Positions 38,862-47,992 of a DNA stretch of 64,000 nt are shown here, in pieces (positions within the stretch are counted from its first letter, which is position 1; the number at the start of each line of letters is the position of its first letter). Below the pieces are notes generated by a model. It did not search any database. It was not told the origin of the DNA and worked only from the letters and a program-made list of their open reading frames with translations. A program made the translations under genes and the position numbers. The DNA lies in contig PLDK01000017.1 of the NCBI GenBank assembly GCA_003135135.1, forward strand, positions 13,715 to 77,714, read 5' to 3'. This DNA is from Deltaproteobacteria bacterium (lineage in GTDB: Bacteria > Desulfobacterota > Binatia > Binatales > Binataceae).

Positions 38862-40424
38862 ATGCGGCGATCAGCGGCGCTTTACGGAATTCTCGGCCTG
38901 GTTCTGCTCTCATTCGGGCTGGTGGACTATTTCATCTCGATCGGCTTTCGGCTGTTCGTGTGGGTCAACCTGATCTGCGGCATCTTCGCGATAATCCTGT
39001 GGATCACTTCGAGCCGCTCCGAGCTTTCATCGATCACGACCGGGCGCTCGGCGCGTTACGGCGCCAACGCCGTCATCTACTCGGCTGCCTACATCGGGCT
39101 GCTGGTCGCGATTAACTATATCTCGACGCTCCATCATGCCCGGCTCGACCTGACGGCCGAGAAGGTTTACAGCCTTTCGAGCCAGTCGGTGAACGTGGTG
39201 AAGGGTTTGCAGAAGCCGCTCAAGCTCTACGGCTTCTTTCAGGGCGGCGAGAATCCCACCGCGCGCGAACTCTACGAGACGTTTGCGTACTACTCGCCCA
39301 AGCTCACTTACGAGCTGGTCGATCCCGACAAGCATCCCGAGCTCGCCGAGCGTTTCAAAGTGTCGGTGATGGGCACCACGCATATGCAGTACGGCGGCGA
39401 CAACGGCGAGGGCACCAACGTCACCGAGCTCAACGAGGAAGCGCTGACCAACGCGATCATTCGCGCGACCAGGAGCAGCAAGAAGGTGGTCGAGTTCCTC
39501 GACGGGCACGGCGAGGCGGATCCCGACGATGCCGAGACCCAGTCGGGCTACGGCGCAATCAAGAAAGATTTGGAAGGCGAGGGCTACGAGGTTCGCAAGC
39601 TCGAACTCGCGCAATTGCCCAAGGTGCCCGACGACGCCAACCTGGTCATAGTCGCGGGACCGATCAAGCCGCTCGGCCAGCACGAGTTCGATTCGTTGAA
39701 TGACTATATGAAACATGGCGGGCGCATGATCGCGATGTACCGGCCGCAGCGCCCCGACAATCCAATCGACGAAGCGGCGATGGCGAAGCTGGCGGGCGAT
39801 TGGGGCGTCAAGGTCGGCAACGATATCGTCGTGGACCAGGTGGTGAGGCTGTTCGAAGGTCCCGCGCTCGGCCTCAATCCTCTCGTGCAGACCTACGGCG
39901 AGCATCCCATTACCAAGGATTTCAAGCAGCGCACCGTGTTTGCGATGTCCCGATCGCTTAGCGCCGAATCCGATCTGAAACACGGACTGACCGTAACGCC
40001 GATCGCGAAGACCAGCGAAACGTCGTGGGCGGAGGTCGATCTCGCCACGCTTTTCCGCCAGCAGAAGGCCGAACTGACAGCCAAGGACACGCGCGGACCG
40101 ATCGCGGTGGTGATGGCGGTGGACGGCAACCTGGAGCAGCTTGGCTGGGGCAAGGGCGATGCGCGCATGGTGGTGTTCGGCAGCACCGAGTTTGCCGACA
40201 ATCAATACGTGGCGACGTTCTTCAACCGCGATTTTTTCATCAATAGCGCGGACTGGCTGACCGGCGAGGAAAATTCGATCTCGATCAGGCCGCGGTCTAT
40301 CCGAGCGTCGCGCTTTCGCCTGACTACCGCGCAATTCTCCATAGTATTTGCGTTTGCGGTGCTGTTCCTGCCCGAGATGCTGCTGATCGCCGGGATCGTA
40401 GTGTGGTGGGAACGGCGCAACTGA
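38862..40424 (+). CDS. GldG-like ABC-transporter auxiliary protein (ABC_transp_aux family)
   Basis: 520 aa; N-terminal TM segments, a large periplasmic domain and a C-terminal TM anchor, as in the GldG family. Conserved position after the ABC-2 permease. Confidence 0.75.
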   Translation: MRRSAALYGILGLVLLSFGLVDYFISIGFRLFVWVNLICGIFAIILWITSSRSELSSITTGRSARYGANAVIYSAAYIGLLVAINYISTLHHARLDLTAEKVYSLSSQSVNVVKGLQKPLKLYGFFQGGENPTARELYETFAYYSPKLTYELVDPDKHPELAERFKVSVMGTTHMQYGGDNGEGTNVTELNEEALTNAIIRATRSSKKVVEFLDGHGEADPDDAETQSGYGAIKKDLEGEGYEVRKLELAQLPKVPDDANLVIVAGPIKPLGQHEFDSLNDYMKHGGRMIAMYRPQRPDNPIDEAAMAKLAGDWGVKVGNDIVVDQVVRLFEGPALGLNPLVQTYGEHPITKDFKQRTVFAMSRSLSAESDLKHGLTVTPIAKTSETSWAEVDLATLFRQQKAELTAKDTRGPIAVVMAVDGNLEQLGWGKGDARMVVFGSTEFADNQYVATFFNRDFFINSADWLTGEENSISIRPRSIRASRFRLTTAQFSIVFAFAVLFLPEMLLIAGIVVWWERRN

Positions 40425-40451
40425 GGCGCCCCCTAATCCGACTCAAGTCCG

Positions 40452-41864
40452 ATGCGGCTGCGCAACACCATTATCGTTCTGATCCTGTTTGCGATTGTCG
40501 GCGGCTACGCCTTTATCGTCGGCCATTATTCCTCGCCAGAGGCGCAGCGCAAGTTGCTCGACGTCAAGCAGGACGATATCGCCAAAATTGAACTGCGCTA
40601 TTCTGACCGGGACATCGTGCTCGAGCGCGGCAAGGACAAACTGTGGCGGCTCGTGAAGCCTATCGGAACCGAAGCCGACCAGGGGCAGGCCAACAACCTC
40701 GCGCGCGCAATTGCCGATTGCACCGTGGTCCGCACGGTGGATGAGAAGCCGGCGGATCTCGTGCCATTCGGGCTTAAGCCGCCGACCACGACCGTCACGG
40801 TCACGACCTTCGACAAGAAAACATTGCCCGCAATCGAAGTCGGGAAATCGACGCCGATCGGGTTCAACGCTTATGTCCGGCTCGCCGACAGTCCGGCGGT
40901 GATGCTGGCCGAAGCGGTGTTCTCGGCCGGGATGAACAAGACGGTCAACGATTTGCGTCTGCGCGACTTGATGGCATTCAAGCTCGACGAGGTTCGCAAG
41001 CTGATCATCGCGCGGGACAATGGGCAGACGATTGAAATCGATCGCGACGGCGACCATTGGAAAATCGTCAAGCCCGCGCCGTACGCGGCCGACGACATGG
41101 CGGTCCGGACTGCTCTGAGCACGCTGGTCAACGCGAAGGCGTCCGACTTTATTGCCGATGCGCCGGGTAACGTCACGCAATACGGACTTGAAAAGCCGCA
41201 TCTGACGGCGACGGTGGTGCTCAAGAACGGCGAGCAGCAATCGATGCTGTTCGGCTTCAAACAGAGCGAGCAGGGGAAGAGCGGAATTTACGTGCGCCGC
41301 GGAGAGCGTGCGCCGGTTTACGCCGTGGCCGGGTACGTGATGAGCAGCCTGGACAAGTCGGCGCTGGATTTTCGCAATCGAACTATCCTGAAGGTCGATC
41401 CCGAGGCGGTTGCGACGGTCAAAGTCAAAAACAGCGACGGCGACTTTACGCTCAAGCGCGCGGCCGCAGACTGGAACGTGATAGCCGGCGGCAAGACGAC
41501 TGAGGCCGATATTCCGGTCGTCGAGCGCTTGCTCAATCAGTTGCGCGATCTGAAAGCTCAATCGATCGTCGCAGATCCGATGCCAAGCGCTCAGCCGTTC
41601 GGGCTGGACAATCCGACGGCCGAAATCACGCTGGTCGGCAAGGACGGCAAGGAACTCGGCGCGGTCAAGCTCGCGAAGATCAGCGTCAAGCCAACGACCC
41701 CGCCTATTCCCGGCGAATCGGCCGGACCGCGGACGGAGTACTACGCATCTTCAAGCGCGAGCAAGGCGGTGTTCTCGCTAAGCGATTTCAGTTTCGCGCA
41801 ACTCAACAAGCCTGCGCCGCTGTACATGGCCAAGCCGCCGCCGGCGGCGCCGCCGTCGAAGTAG
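40452..41864 (+). CDS. DUF4340-domain protein (N-terminal TM anchor, repeated periplasmic beta-rich domains)
   Basis: 470 aa. The gene order GldA-GldF-GldG-DUF4340 is a recurrent conserved neighbourhood. I assign the family from context and architecture rather than a motif. Confidence 0.6.
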   Translation: MRLRNTIIVLILFAIVGGYAFIVGHYSSPEAQRKLLDVKQDDIAKIELRYSDRDIVLERGKDKLWRLVKPIGTEADQGQANNLARAIADCTVVRTVDEKPADLVPFGLKPPTTTVTVTTFDKKTLPAIEVGKSTPIGFNAYVRLADSPAVMLAEAVFSAGMNKTVNDLRLRDLMAFKLDEVRKLIIARDNGQTIEIDRDGDHWKIVKPAPYAADDMAVRTALSTLVNAKASDFIADAPGNVTQYGLEKPHLTATVVLKNGEQQSMLFGFKQSEQGKSGIYVRRGERAPVYAVAGYVMSSLDKSALDFRNRTILKVDPEAVATVKVKNSDGDFTLKRAAADWNVIAGGKTTEADIPVVERLLNQLRDLKAQSIVADPMPSAQPFGLDNPTAEITLVGKDGKELGAVKLAKISVKPTTPPIPGESAGPRTEYYASSSASKAVFSLSDFSFAQLNKPAPLYMAKPPPAAPPSK

Positions 41865-41897
41865 CCGCGCGTCAGGACGCGGGCGCTGGTTCGGAGG

Positions 41898-42674
41898 ATG
41901 AAGGCCGGTCTCCGTGGCGCAGCGGCCATCCGCCGGTTGGCGGTTGTGGTCTTTATCCTGAGCTTTCCAGCGATTGTATTCGCAGCACCTCCGTATATCA
42001 CCGACGACCCCGAACCCGTCGAATATCAGCACTGGGAGATATACCTCGGATCGCAATTCACCAAACAGACGACTAACTGGACAAGCACAGCGCCGCACCT
42101 GGAAGTAAATTATGGTCCGCTTCCAAATGTTCAGCTCGAACTGATCCCACAAATGACCCTCTACGCGCCCACTCAGGGCGCCGCCAGCTATGGCCTCGGC
42201 GATACCCAGATAGGCGTCAAGTACCGCTTCCTTCAGGAGGGTGACTGGATTCCACAGGCTGCGGGGTATCCGCAGATGCTAGTACCTACAGGCTCTCACG
42301 CGCGGAATCTTGGGAGCGGGCACCTGCAAATGTTTCTGCCGATATGGCTCCAGAAGAGCATCGGCAAGTGGACCGCTTATGGAGGAGGCGGTTATTGGAT
42401 TAATACGGGCGGCGCGAACAACAGCAACTCGTGGTTCAGCGGGTTGGTCATACAGCGCCAGATCCTGCCACGCCTCACGCCGGGCCTGGAGATCTTTCAC
42501 GGCACCACGCAAGTAGTCGGCGCTCAAGGCGATCAAACCGAAACGGGGATGAATCTCGGGTTAATCTGGGACCTTAGCGACAATCACCACATCGTTCTCT
42601 CCGCTGGTCCCGCTATCGGTGGGCCGAATCAACTCCAGGGATATTTCGCTTATGAGCTGACCTTTGGACCCTAG
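41898..42674 (+). CDS. Outer-membrane beta-barrel protein (Phenol_MetA_deg / transporter family-like)
   Basis: Signal peptide. The mature N-terminus PPYITDDPEPVEY matches the characteristic TDD start of the MetA-pathway OM channel family. Alternating beta-strand pattern and a C-terminal ...YELTFGP. Confidence 0.6.
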   Translation: MKAGLRGAAAIRRLAVVVFILSFPAIVFAAPPYITDDPEPVEYQHWEIYLGSQFTKQTTNWTSTAPHLEVNYGPLPNVQLELIPQMTLYAPTQGAASYGLGDTQIGVKYRFLQEGDWIPQAAGYPQMLVPTGSHARNLGSGHLQMFLPIWLQKSIGKWTAYGGGGYWINTGGANNSNSWFSGLVIQRQILPRLTPGLEIFHGTTQVVGAQGDQTETGMNLGLIWDLSDNHHIVLSAGPAIGGPNQLQGYFAYELTFGP

Positions 42675-42677
42675 GCG

Positions 42678-43070
42678 TCAGGTTTCGGCGATCACATGGG
42701 CGATGGCTTGGGCGGCGGTGTGCGTGATGCTCAGATGAAAGCGCGCGATCTGTTTTGTTTGCGCGAACGCGGCCGCCTTGCCCGATAGGGCAATGGTCGG
42801 CGCTTTGCCACGCTCGCGCACGACTTCGATCTCGCTCCATCCGACGTTGCGGTTCCATCCCGTGCCGAGTGCCTTCATCGTCGCTTCCTTGGCGGCGAAA
42901 CGCGCCGCGTAGCTCTGGTAGCGGGGACGCCCGCGCGACTCGCAGTACCGGACCTCGCCAGCCGTGAAGACGCGGGCGCGAAAACGCTCGCCCGTGGCGG
43001 CCCGCGTGAGAGCCCGCTCGATGCGTTCGACCTCGATAACGTCGATTCCAGTGCCGGCGATTTGTCCCAT
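42678..43070 (-). CDS. acpS: Holo-[acyl-carrier-protein] synthase
   Basis: 130 aa; GIDVIEVERIERAL N-terminal motif and conserved FAAKEATMKALG. Confidence 0.85.
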   Translation of the reverse strand: MGQIAGTGIDVIEVERIERALTRAATGERFRARVFTAGEVRYCESRGRPRYQSYAARFAAKEATMKALGTGWNRNVGWSEIEVVRERGKAPTIALSGKAAAFAQTKQIARFHLSITHTAAQAIAHVIAET

Positions 43071-43209
43071 CGCGAATGAGTATTAGCCGCGCTGGGGGCG
43101 GATTCAATTGCGCGCACGCACGGCCGGGCGATTGAAACAGTGAACCAGTGAAATACTTGCAGCACGCCGAGTACGGAATCTATTGTTCATCCACAACGCG
43201 GAGGCAGCG

Positions 43210-43443
43210 ATGGCGAAGCTTTCGATCAGAGTGAACAAGACCCGTTGCATCGGCAGCGGCGACTGCGTGGAAACGGCGCCCACCGTGTTTCAACTCGGCG
43301 CGGACGGCAAGTCCGAAGTCGTCAACGCGACGGGGGCCGGCGACTCGATAATTATCTCGGCGGCGCGTTCGTGTCCGGTCAAAGCGATCACGGTGGTGGA
43401 TGAAGACGCCGGCGTGCAGCTTTTCCCGCCGCCGAAGAAGTAG
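43210..43443 (+). CDS. Ferredoxin (single-cluster 3Fe-4S/4Fe-4S type)
   Basis: 77 aa from MAKLSIRVNKTRCIGSGDCVE...SCPVKAI: a CxxxxxC...CP cluster-ligand pattern. The ATG at 43210 is preceded by GGAGG. Confidence 0.7.
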   Translation: MAKLSIRVNKTRCIGSGDCVETAPTVFQLGADGKSEVVNATGAGDSIIISAARSCPVKAITVVDEDAGVQLFPPPKK

Positions 43444-43459
43444 GCTCGCGGATCGCGCC

Positions 43460-43951
43460 ATGGCCATGCGCAAGCATCGCGCAGGCGAACTGGTAATCGA
43501 GCAGACGCGTGACCTCGCGCGGGTGCGCGAGATGCTGGCGGGGGCCGGCATGATGACGGACGGAATCGAATGGCCCGCCGCGTGTTACATCTTTGCGTAT
43601 GTCGGCGATGAAGCGGTCGGAGTGATTGGCGTCGAGTCGAAGATCGACGCGGCGCTGATACGTTCGCTGCAGGTGAATGAATCGATGCGCCGGCGCGGAA
43701 TCGGCGGCGCGTTGATCGCGGCGGCGCGCAAGGCCGCGCACACGCGCGGCGCGCGTCATCTGTACCTGTTCAGCACCGAAGCCGGCGGATATTTCGCGCG
43801 CCACGGTTTCACGACGGTGGCCGTTGCGGACGTTATCGCCGCGATCCCCGGCGTGCCGCAAGTCGAGTATTATCGCGCGCGGCCCGAGGAACTCGCGCGC
43901 GAGCACGCGTACCATCTGGATATTTCGGGCGATGGAGTGATCGAGAGATAG
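43460..43951 (+). CDS. GNAT family N-acetyltransferase
   Basis: About 163 aa; acetyl-CoA motif A LQVNESMRRRGIGGALIAAA. Start uncertain (43460 or 43466); the track ORF from 43400 overlaps the ferredoxin. Confidence 0.7.
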   Translation: MAMRKHRAGELVIEQTRDLARVREMLAGAGMMTDGIEWPAACYIFAYVGDEAVGVIGVESKIDAALIRSLQVNESMRRRGIGGALIAAARKAAHTRGARHLYLFSTEAGGYFARHGFTTVAVADVIAAIPGVPQVEYYRARPEELAREHAYHLDISGDGVIER

Positions 43952-43980
43952 CGAGCGCGCTTATGGAAGAACTTAACCTC

Positions 43981-44075
43981 AGTGAAACCCGCGGTGGGTT
44001 TCACGCTTCCTTCGGCAGGGGTAACCCCTGCACCTTAGTAAGGGATAAAGATGCGGGCTTCGCCCTGTTAGAGCA
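43981..44075. repeat. Composite intergenic repeat: hairpin GTGAAACCC-GCGG-TGGGTTTCAC, REP-like core ggcaggggtaacccctgcacc (44015-44035), and cgccctgttag motif
   Basis: The core is about 90% identical to the cores at 61021-61041 and 32721-32739. It lies between convergent genes (GNAT on + and rhodanese on -). Confidence 0.65.
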
Positions 44076-44076
44076 G

Positions 44077-44820
44077 TCAACGAGGATCGGACTGCTGAGC
44101 TCGAGACGGTGCGTAGCAGCCGAGGTATTTGCCCATCGCGGTTGTCACAATCAGGTACGGATTCGCGGTTAGCAGTTTCGCGGCGAGCCGCGGCGTCATG
44201 TCGGGCCGAATCGTTTGCGGCGCGGGATTCATCGCAGCGAGCGCGCGCGGCGCGGACTCGGAGTGTTCGATCGCGCCGAGCAGGACTGCGTCGGGAGTGA
44301 GCACGACGGCGCGCGGCGTCGGCGAATCGGGCGAGGCCGGCGGGACGGAATCTTCGGGACCGAGGCGGACGAGGTTTTCGTCGTCGCGCATGAACTCGCC
44401 GACGCGCACGCGGTCCGAGTAGCGAATCCAACCGGAGCGCAGGCCGGGCGCGAGATTATTGACGAAATAGGCAAGCGCGCGTATCCGCTCTGAGAGCGGT
44501 GCCGGCGGATCGGTGGGCAATCCGCGGACGATCCAATCGGCCTTGCCGCGGAAGTAGTGGCGGACGTCGGTGAATCCCAGCAGAGCGAGCTGTGCCCCAG
44601 CTCGCGCACTGAGATCGCACAAGGAATCGCGGCAATAGACAACGACCGGACGCGTGCGGTCCAAAGATGCGGGCGCGCCGCGGATAATGCGGCGCAGTGG
44701 AATGTGAAGGGCGCCGCGGATGTGCGCGGCGTCGTACTCGTGCGGCGGGAGCACGTCAACGATTTGTACGCCGCCGGCCGCGCGCATCCGGGCAAGCTCG
44801 CGATGCCGAATCTCGCGCAC
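44077..44820 (-). CDS. Rhodanese-domain protein with C-terminal CBS-like region
   Basis: N-terminal rhodanese fold (IVDVLPPHEYDAAHIRGALHIPL...VVVYCRDSLCDLSARAGAQL with the active-site Cys loop CRDSLCD). GTG start at 44820, with an alternative ATG at 44787. Confidence 0.7.
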   Translation of the reverse strand: MREIRHRELARMRAAGGVQIVDVLPPHEYDAAHIRGALHIPLRRIIRGAPASLDRTRPVVVYCRDSLCDLSARAGAQLALLGFTDVRHYFRGKADWIVRGLPTDPPAPLSERIRALAYFVNNLAPGLRSGWIRYSDRVRVGEFMRDDENLVRLGPEDSVPPASPDSPTPRAVVLTPDAVLLGAIEHSESAPRALAAMNPAPQTIRPDMTPRLAAKLLTANPYLIVTTAMGKYLGCYAPSRAQQSDPR

Positions 44821-44823
44821 GAG

Positions 44824-46188
44824 CTACGCGCGCATCGCGGCGAGCGCAGAGCGCGCCGTATCGACGATCGTCTCGCCGCTACCGGCGGCAATCCGCGCGG
44901 TATCTACTTCATAACCGCCTTCGGCGTAGGCGGCGAGGGTGGGAATATATCCGATCAGGTCGTTGCAATAGCCGGCTACAAAGGTTTGCGCGAAGTGCGG
45001 GGTTGCCTTAATCGCGAGGCCGAGCTCGACGAAGAGCTCGCCTGGGATACCGACGATCGCGAGGTCGCCGACGGTGACGATGGTCATCGCGGTGGCAAGC
45101 TCGCGGCGCGCCATGTCAACGCGGCGGTCGCGGCGATTTTGCTCCTCGAGAACTTCCAGAGCGCTCAGCGACGAAAGTGATTGTGCATGATGGTCGCGCA
45201 GGCGCTTCAACTGATAGCCGTCGCCGCCGCGATGGTTGTCGAGCGAGGCTTGCGTCTGGGCGGCGCAATCGCGCGCGATGGCAAGGTTGGCGCCGAGATC
45301 CTTGAGCTTGAGGTTGAGCGCGATTCTGCGCGTGGCGACTGGCGACGCGGCAATCGAGGGCGCATGTTCGAGCGCGTCGAACGCGCCGCGACCCATCGCG
45401 CGGCCGTATTGCCCAGCGACTTCGAAATTGCCGCGGCTGCGTGGATCGATGTTGCCGGTCGCGCCCTGGAGGAAGATCGATATCGGGCGCGGGCCCACGC
45501 CCGAGGCGGCCGCGCTTTCGATTTCGTCCATCGCGAAGCCGGGCCAATCGCGCGAGTAGAGCAGGTTGTCCTCGCACAGCACGACACCGTGGCACGGATA
45601 GTTCATCAGGAACGCGATTGGACTTCCGTCCGGGCGGTACGCGCCCAGCGCCATGACTTCGGCGTCAGCCGGGCCGGCGCCGTTGGCGGCAAGCTGAATT
45701 TGCCGGTTCGGACGCATCAGGCGGCGATTGATTCCGAGCGTAAATCGAGCGGTGGCGGCGCGCAGCCGCGCGGGCTCGAGACGTTCGTGCGCCTGAACGA
45801 TGGCGGACGCGATCTTTGCGGGCAGCGCGCGCTCCCATTCGAGGTCGCGGCCGTCGGCGGGAATTACCGCGGCGCGCGGAGTCGCGAAGATGTTGAAGGC
45901 AGGCGCGGAATGGGTGTGCGTGGCGCAAATCAGGATCGAGTCGGCGGGGATGCCGGTGCTTGCGGCGACGCGCTCGCGGATGTCGTCGGCAATGCGAATC
46001 CCGATCGCGAGAACGTCAACGCCGGCGATTGCGACTTTCGCGCCGCCGTCATCGAGCACGAGCGCCTGCGCGGCGAGGTCATCGTGCGCGCCGGCGTTGC
46101 GGCCAACGCGATTGCCGTAGCCGAGCATCGCGAGACCGACGGGCGGATTGAGCTTTATTCGCGCGGCGCCGGCGTAGAGGGGACGCAT
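44824..46188 (-). CDS. Neutral/alkaline ceramidase-family amidohydrolase (N-terminal ceramidase domain-like)
   Basis: 454 aa. LGYGNRVGRNAGAHDDLAAQALVLDDGG...ILICATHTHSAP matches the conserved N-terminal block of neutral ceramidases (GYG..R...G.HD.L.ARA.V...THTHS.P). Confidence 0.6.
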   Translation of the reverse strand: MRPLYAGAARIKLNPPVGLAMLGYGNRVGRNAGAHDDLAAQALVLDDGGAKVAIAGVDVLAIGIRIADDIRERVAASTGIPADSILICATHTHSAPAFNIFATPRAAVIPADGRDLEWERALPAKIASAIVQAHERLEPARLRAATARFTLGINRRLMRPNRQIQLAANGAGPADAEVMALGAYRPDGSPIAFLMNYPCHGVVLCEDNLLYSRDWPGFAMDEIESAAASGVGPRPISIFLQGATGNIDPRSRGNFEVAGQYGRAMGRGAFDALEHAPSIAASPVATRRIALNLKLKDLGANLAIARDCAAQTQASLDNHRGGDGYQLKRLRDHHAQSLSSLSALEVLEEQNRRDRRVDMARRELATAMTIVTVGDLAIVGIPGELFVELGLAIKATPHFAQTFVAGYCNDLIGYIPTLAAYAEGGYEVDTARIAAGSGETIVDTARSALAAMRA

Positions 46189-46190
46189 AG

Positions 46191-47453
46191 CTAGCCCGAC
46201 TTATCGAGATTGGCCGCGGCGAGCTCGGCAGCTCCGGAAGCAACTTTCGCGGCGGCGGCGATGATGTCGTCAACGTCGCGATCGTCGCCGAGCAGGCATT
46301 CGTGCGGTACCGCGACCATCGCGTGCTCGAAGAGCCGTTCAGCGACCGGGCAATCGATCGTGATTCTCGCGGCGCTGGCGCCCGCGAGCTCGCACGCCTT
46401 TAGATAGGCGGGCGACTCGCGCGGGAAGAGTGCGGATCGATAAACGGGATCGTTGCCGACGCCGCATGGAATGCCCTCGGCGCGCATCGCGCGGACAAAT
46501 CGGTTGCGCGAGACGCCGAGTGCGGATTCATCGACGAGAAAAACGAACGCGTAGATGACTTCGCGCGTGACGCGTGGATCGCGCGCGATGGGGCTAATCC
46601 CCTTGATTGCGCCGAGCCCTTCGCGCAGGCGGGCGGCGGCGCGGCTCTTGCGCTCGATCTGCTCGGGCAGGCGCGCGAGTTGCGCGAGCAGAATTCCGCA
46701 TTGCCATTCCGTCATCCGGTAGTTCGCGCCCATCAGCGGACCCTCGAACGTGTCGCCGGGGCGGCGACGCCCGCAATTGATCAGCGACTGGCATCGTTGC
46801 TCGAAGTCGGGGTCGTCGGTCGTGATCATTCCACCTTCGCCCGCGGTCATCGGCTTGGTGGATTGAAAACTAAAGCATCCGAGAGCGCCATGAGTACCGA
46901 CGCCGCGCTCGCGGAATCGAGCACCGGGGACGTGGGCGCAATCCTCGACGAGCGGAATGGAATGCGCGCGCGAAATTTCCGCGAGCGCGTCGAGATCGGC
47001 GAGCGACGCGCCGTAGTGAACGGGGATGATCGCCTTGGTGCGGCGCGTGATCAGCCGCTTGACGCAGTCCGGATCGATGCATGCGTTGGCGGCGCTGACG
47101 TCTGCAAAGATCGGACGCGCCATGCATGCGACGGCAGCGTAAGGGGTCGCGGCGAAAGTCATCGCGGGAACGATGACCTCATCGCCGGCGCCGACGCCGA
47201 GCGCCTTGAGTGCGACTTCGAGCGCGCTGGTGCCGGAAGTGGTCGGAATGGCGAAGCGAGCGCCCTGATACGCGGCGAATGCGGCGGCGAACTCGGTGGC
47301 CTTGCGATTGGGGCTGGGAAAGCCGCCCCAGTTCGACGAGGTGAGGACGTCGTCGAGCTGCTCACGCTCGCGGGCGTCGAAGACCGGCCACGTGGAGAAG
47401 GGGCGGGTGCGAAGCGGCAGGCCGCCGAGGATTGCGAGTGTGGAAGGCATCAA
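46191..47453 (-). CDS. DegT/DnrJ/EryC1/StrS-family PLP-dependent aminotransferase
   Basis: 420 aa; the fold-type I sugar aminotransferase N-terminus (ILGGLPLRTRPFSTWPVFDAREREQLDDVLTSSNWGG), and a PLP-Lys region FSFQSTKPMTAGEGG. Confidence 0.85.
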   Translation of the reverse strand: MMPSTLAILGGLPLRTRPFSTWPVFDAREREQLDDVLTSSNWGGFPSPNRKATEFAAAFAAYQGARFAIPTTSGTSALEVALKALGVGAGDEVIVPAMTFAATPYAAVACMARPIFADVSAANACIDPDCVKRLITRRTKAIIPVHYGASLADLDALAEISRAHSIPLVEDCAHVPGARFRERGVGTHGALGCFSFQSTKPMTAGEGGMITTDDPDFEQRCQSLINCGRRRPGDTFEGPLMGANYRMTEWQCGILLAQLARLPEQIERKSRAAARLREGLGAIKGISPIARDPRVTREVIYAFVFLVDESALGVSRNRFVRAMRAEGIPCGVGNDPVYRSALFPRESPAYLKACELAGASAARITIDCPVAERLFEHAMVAVPHECLLGDDRDVDDIIAAAAKVASGAAELAAANLDKSG

Positions 47454-47526
47454 AATTAAACGATTACTTTAAGTATCAAAATATCCGCAGCGTCAGCTGC
47501 CTCGCTCACGCCGGGTGGGCGCGGCG

Positions 47527-47826
47527 CTACTTGCGCGCGACTTCTTCGAGCATCGTAATCTCGGCGCGTCCGGCGAGCAGGCCGCCGATTTTTCCACCGA
47601 ATGCCCGCATGTGATCGGTCTTGCCGTGGGAATCGAGCGCGGCCTGATCCTGGTAAACCTCGTAGTAGGTGAATTCGGCCGGGTCCTTGGTGTTCTTGTG
47701 CAGGACGTAGGCGAGGGTGCCGGGCTCGGAGGTTTTCACCTTCGCGATCATTTCCTTTCCTGCGGCTTCGAACGCGGCTTCGCTGCCGGGCTTCACCTTA
47801 AGTTTCGCAATCACAGTAATCGGCAT
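47527..47826 (-). CDS. Antibiotic-biosynthesis-monooxygenase (ABM) domain protein
   Basis: 99 aa from the ATG at 47826 (AGGAGA SD). Ferredoxin-like ABM pattern: VIAKLKVKPGSEAAFE...YYEVYQDQAALDSHGKTDHMRAF. Confidence 0.65.
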   Translation of the reverse strand: MPITVIAKLKVKPGSEAAFEAAGKEMIAKVKTSEPGTLAYVLHKNTKDPAEFTYYEVYQDQAALDSHGKTDHMRAFGGKIGGLLAGRAEITMLEEVARK

Positions 47827-47992
47827 CGTGGGTCTCCTTGAAAGATCGAATTCAACTACCGTCGTATTCGGACGCGCGCGGAATTTCAAGGCGAATCGAC
47901 ACGCGGCGCGGCGGCTCTTTCCTCGCAGCGCGCGGTCGGTTAACGGTTAAACGCCAATTGCGGCGATGCGATGATCGATCACAGCCGGGATC

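Noticed and set aside
41865-41897. Short GC hairpin (CGCGTC-AG-GACGCG) after the DUF4340 gene as a possible terminator
   Set aside because: The 2-nt loop is too tight and there is no T tract. The next gene follows 33 nt later on the same strand, so the genes are probably co-transcribed.
47454-47526. AT-rich TTGATA...TAATTT promoter-like element directly abutting the DegT aminotransferase start
   Set aside because: The -10 element ends 3 nt before the ATG, which leaves no leader. It is more likely AT-rich spacer between co-transcribed genes than a functional promoter.
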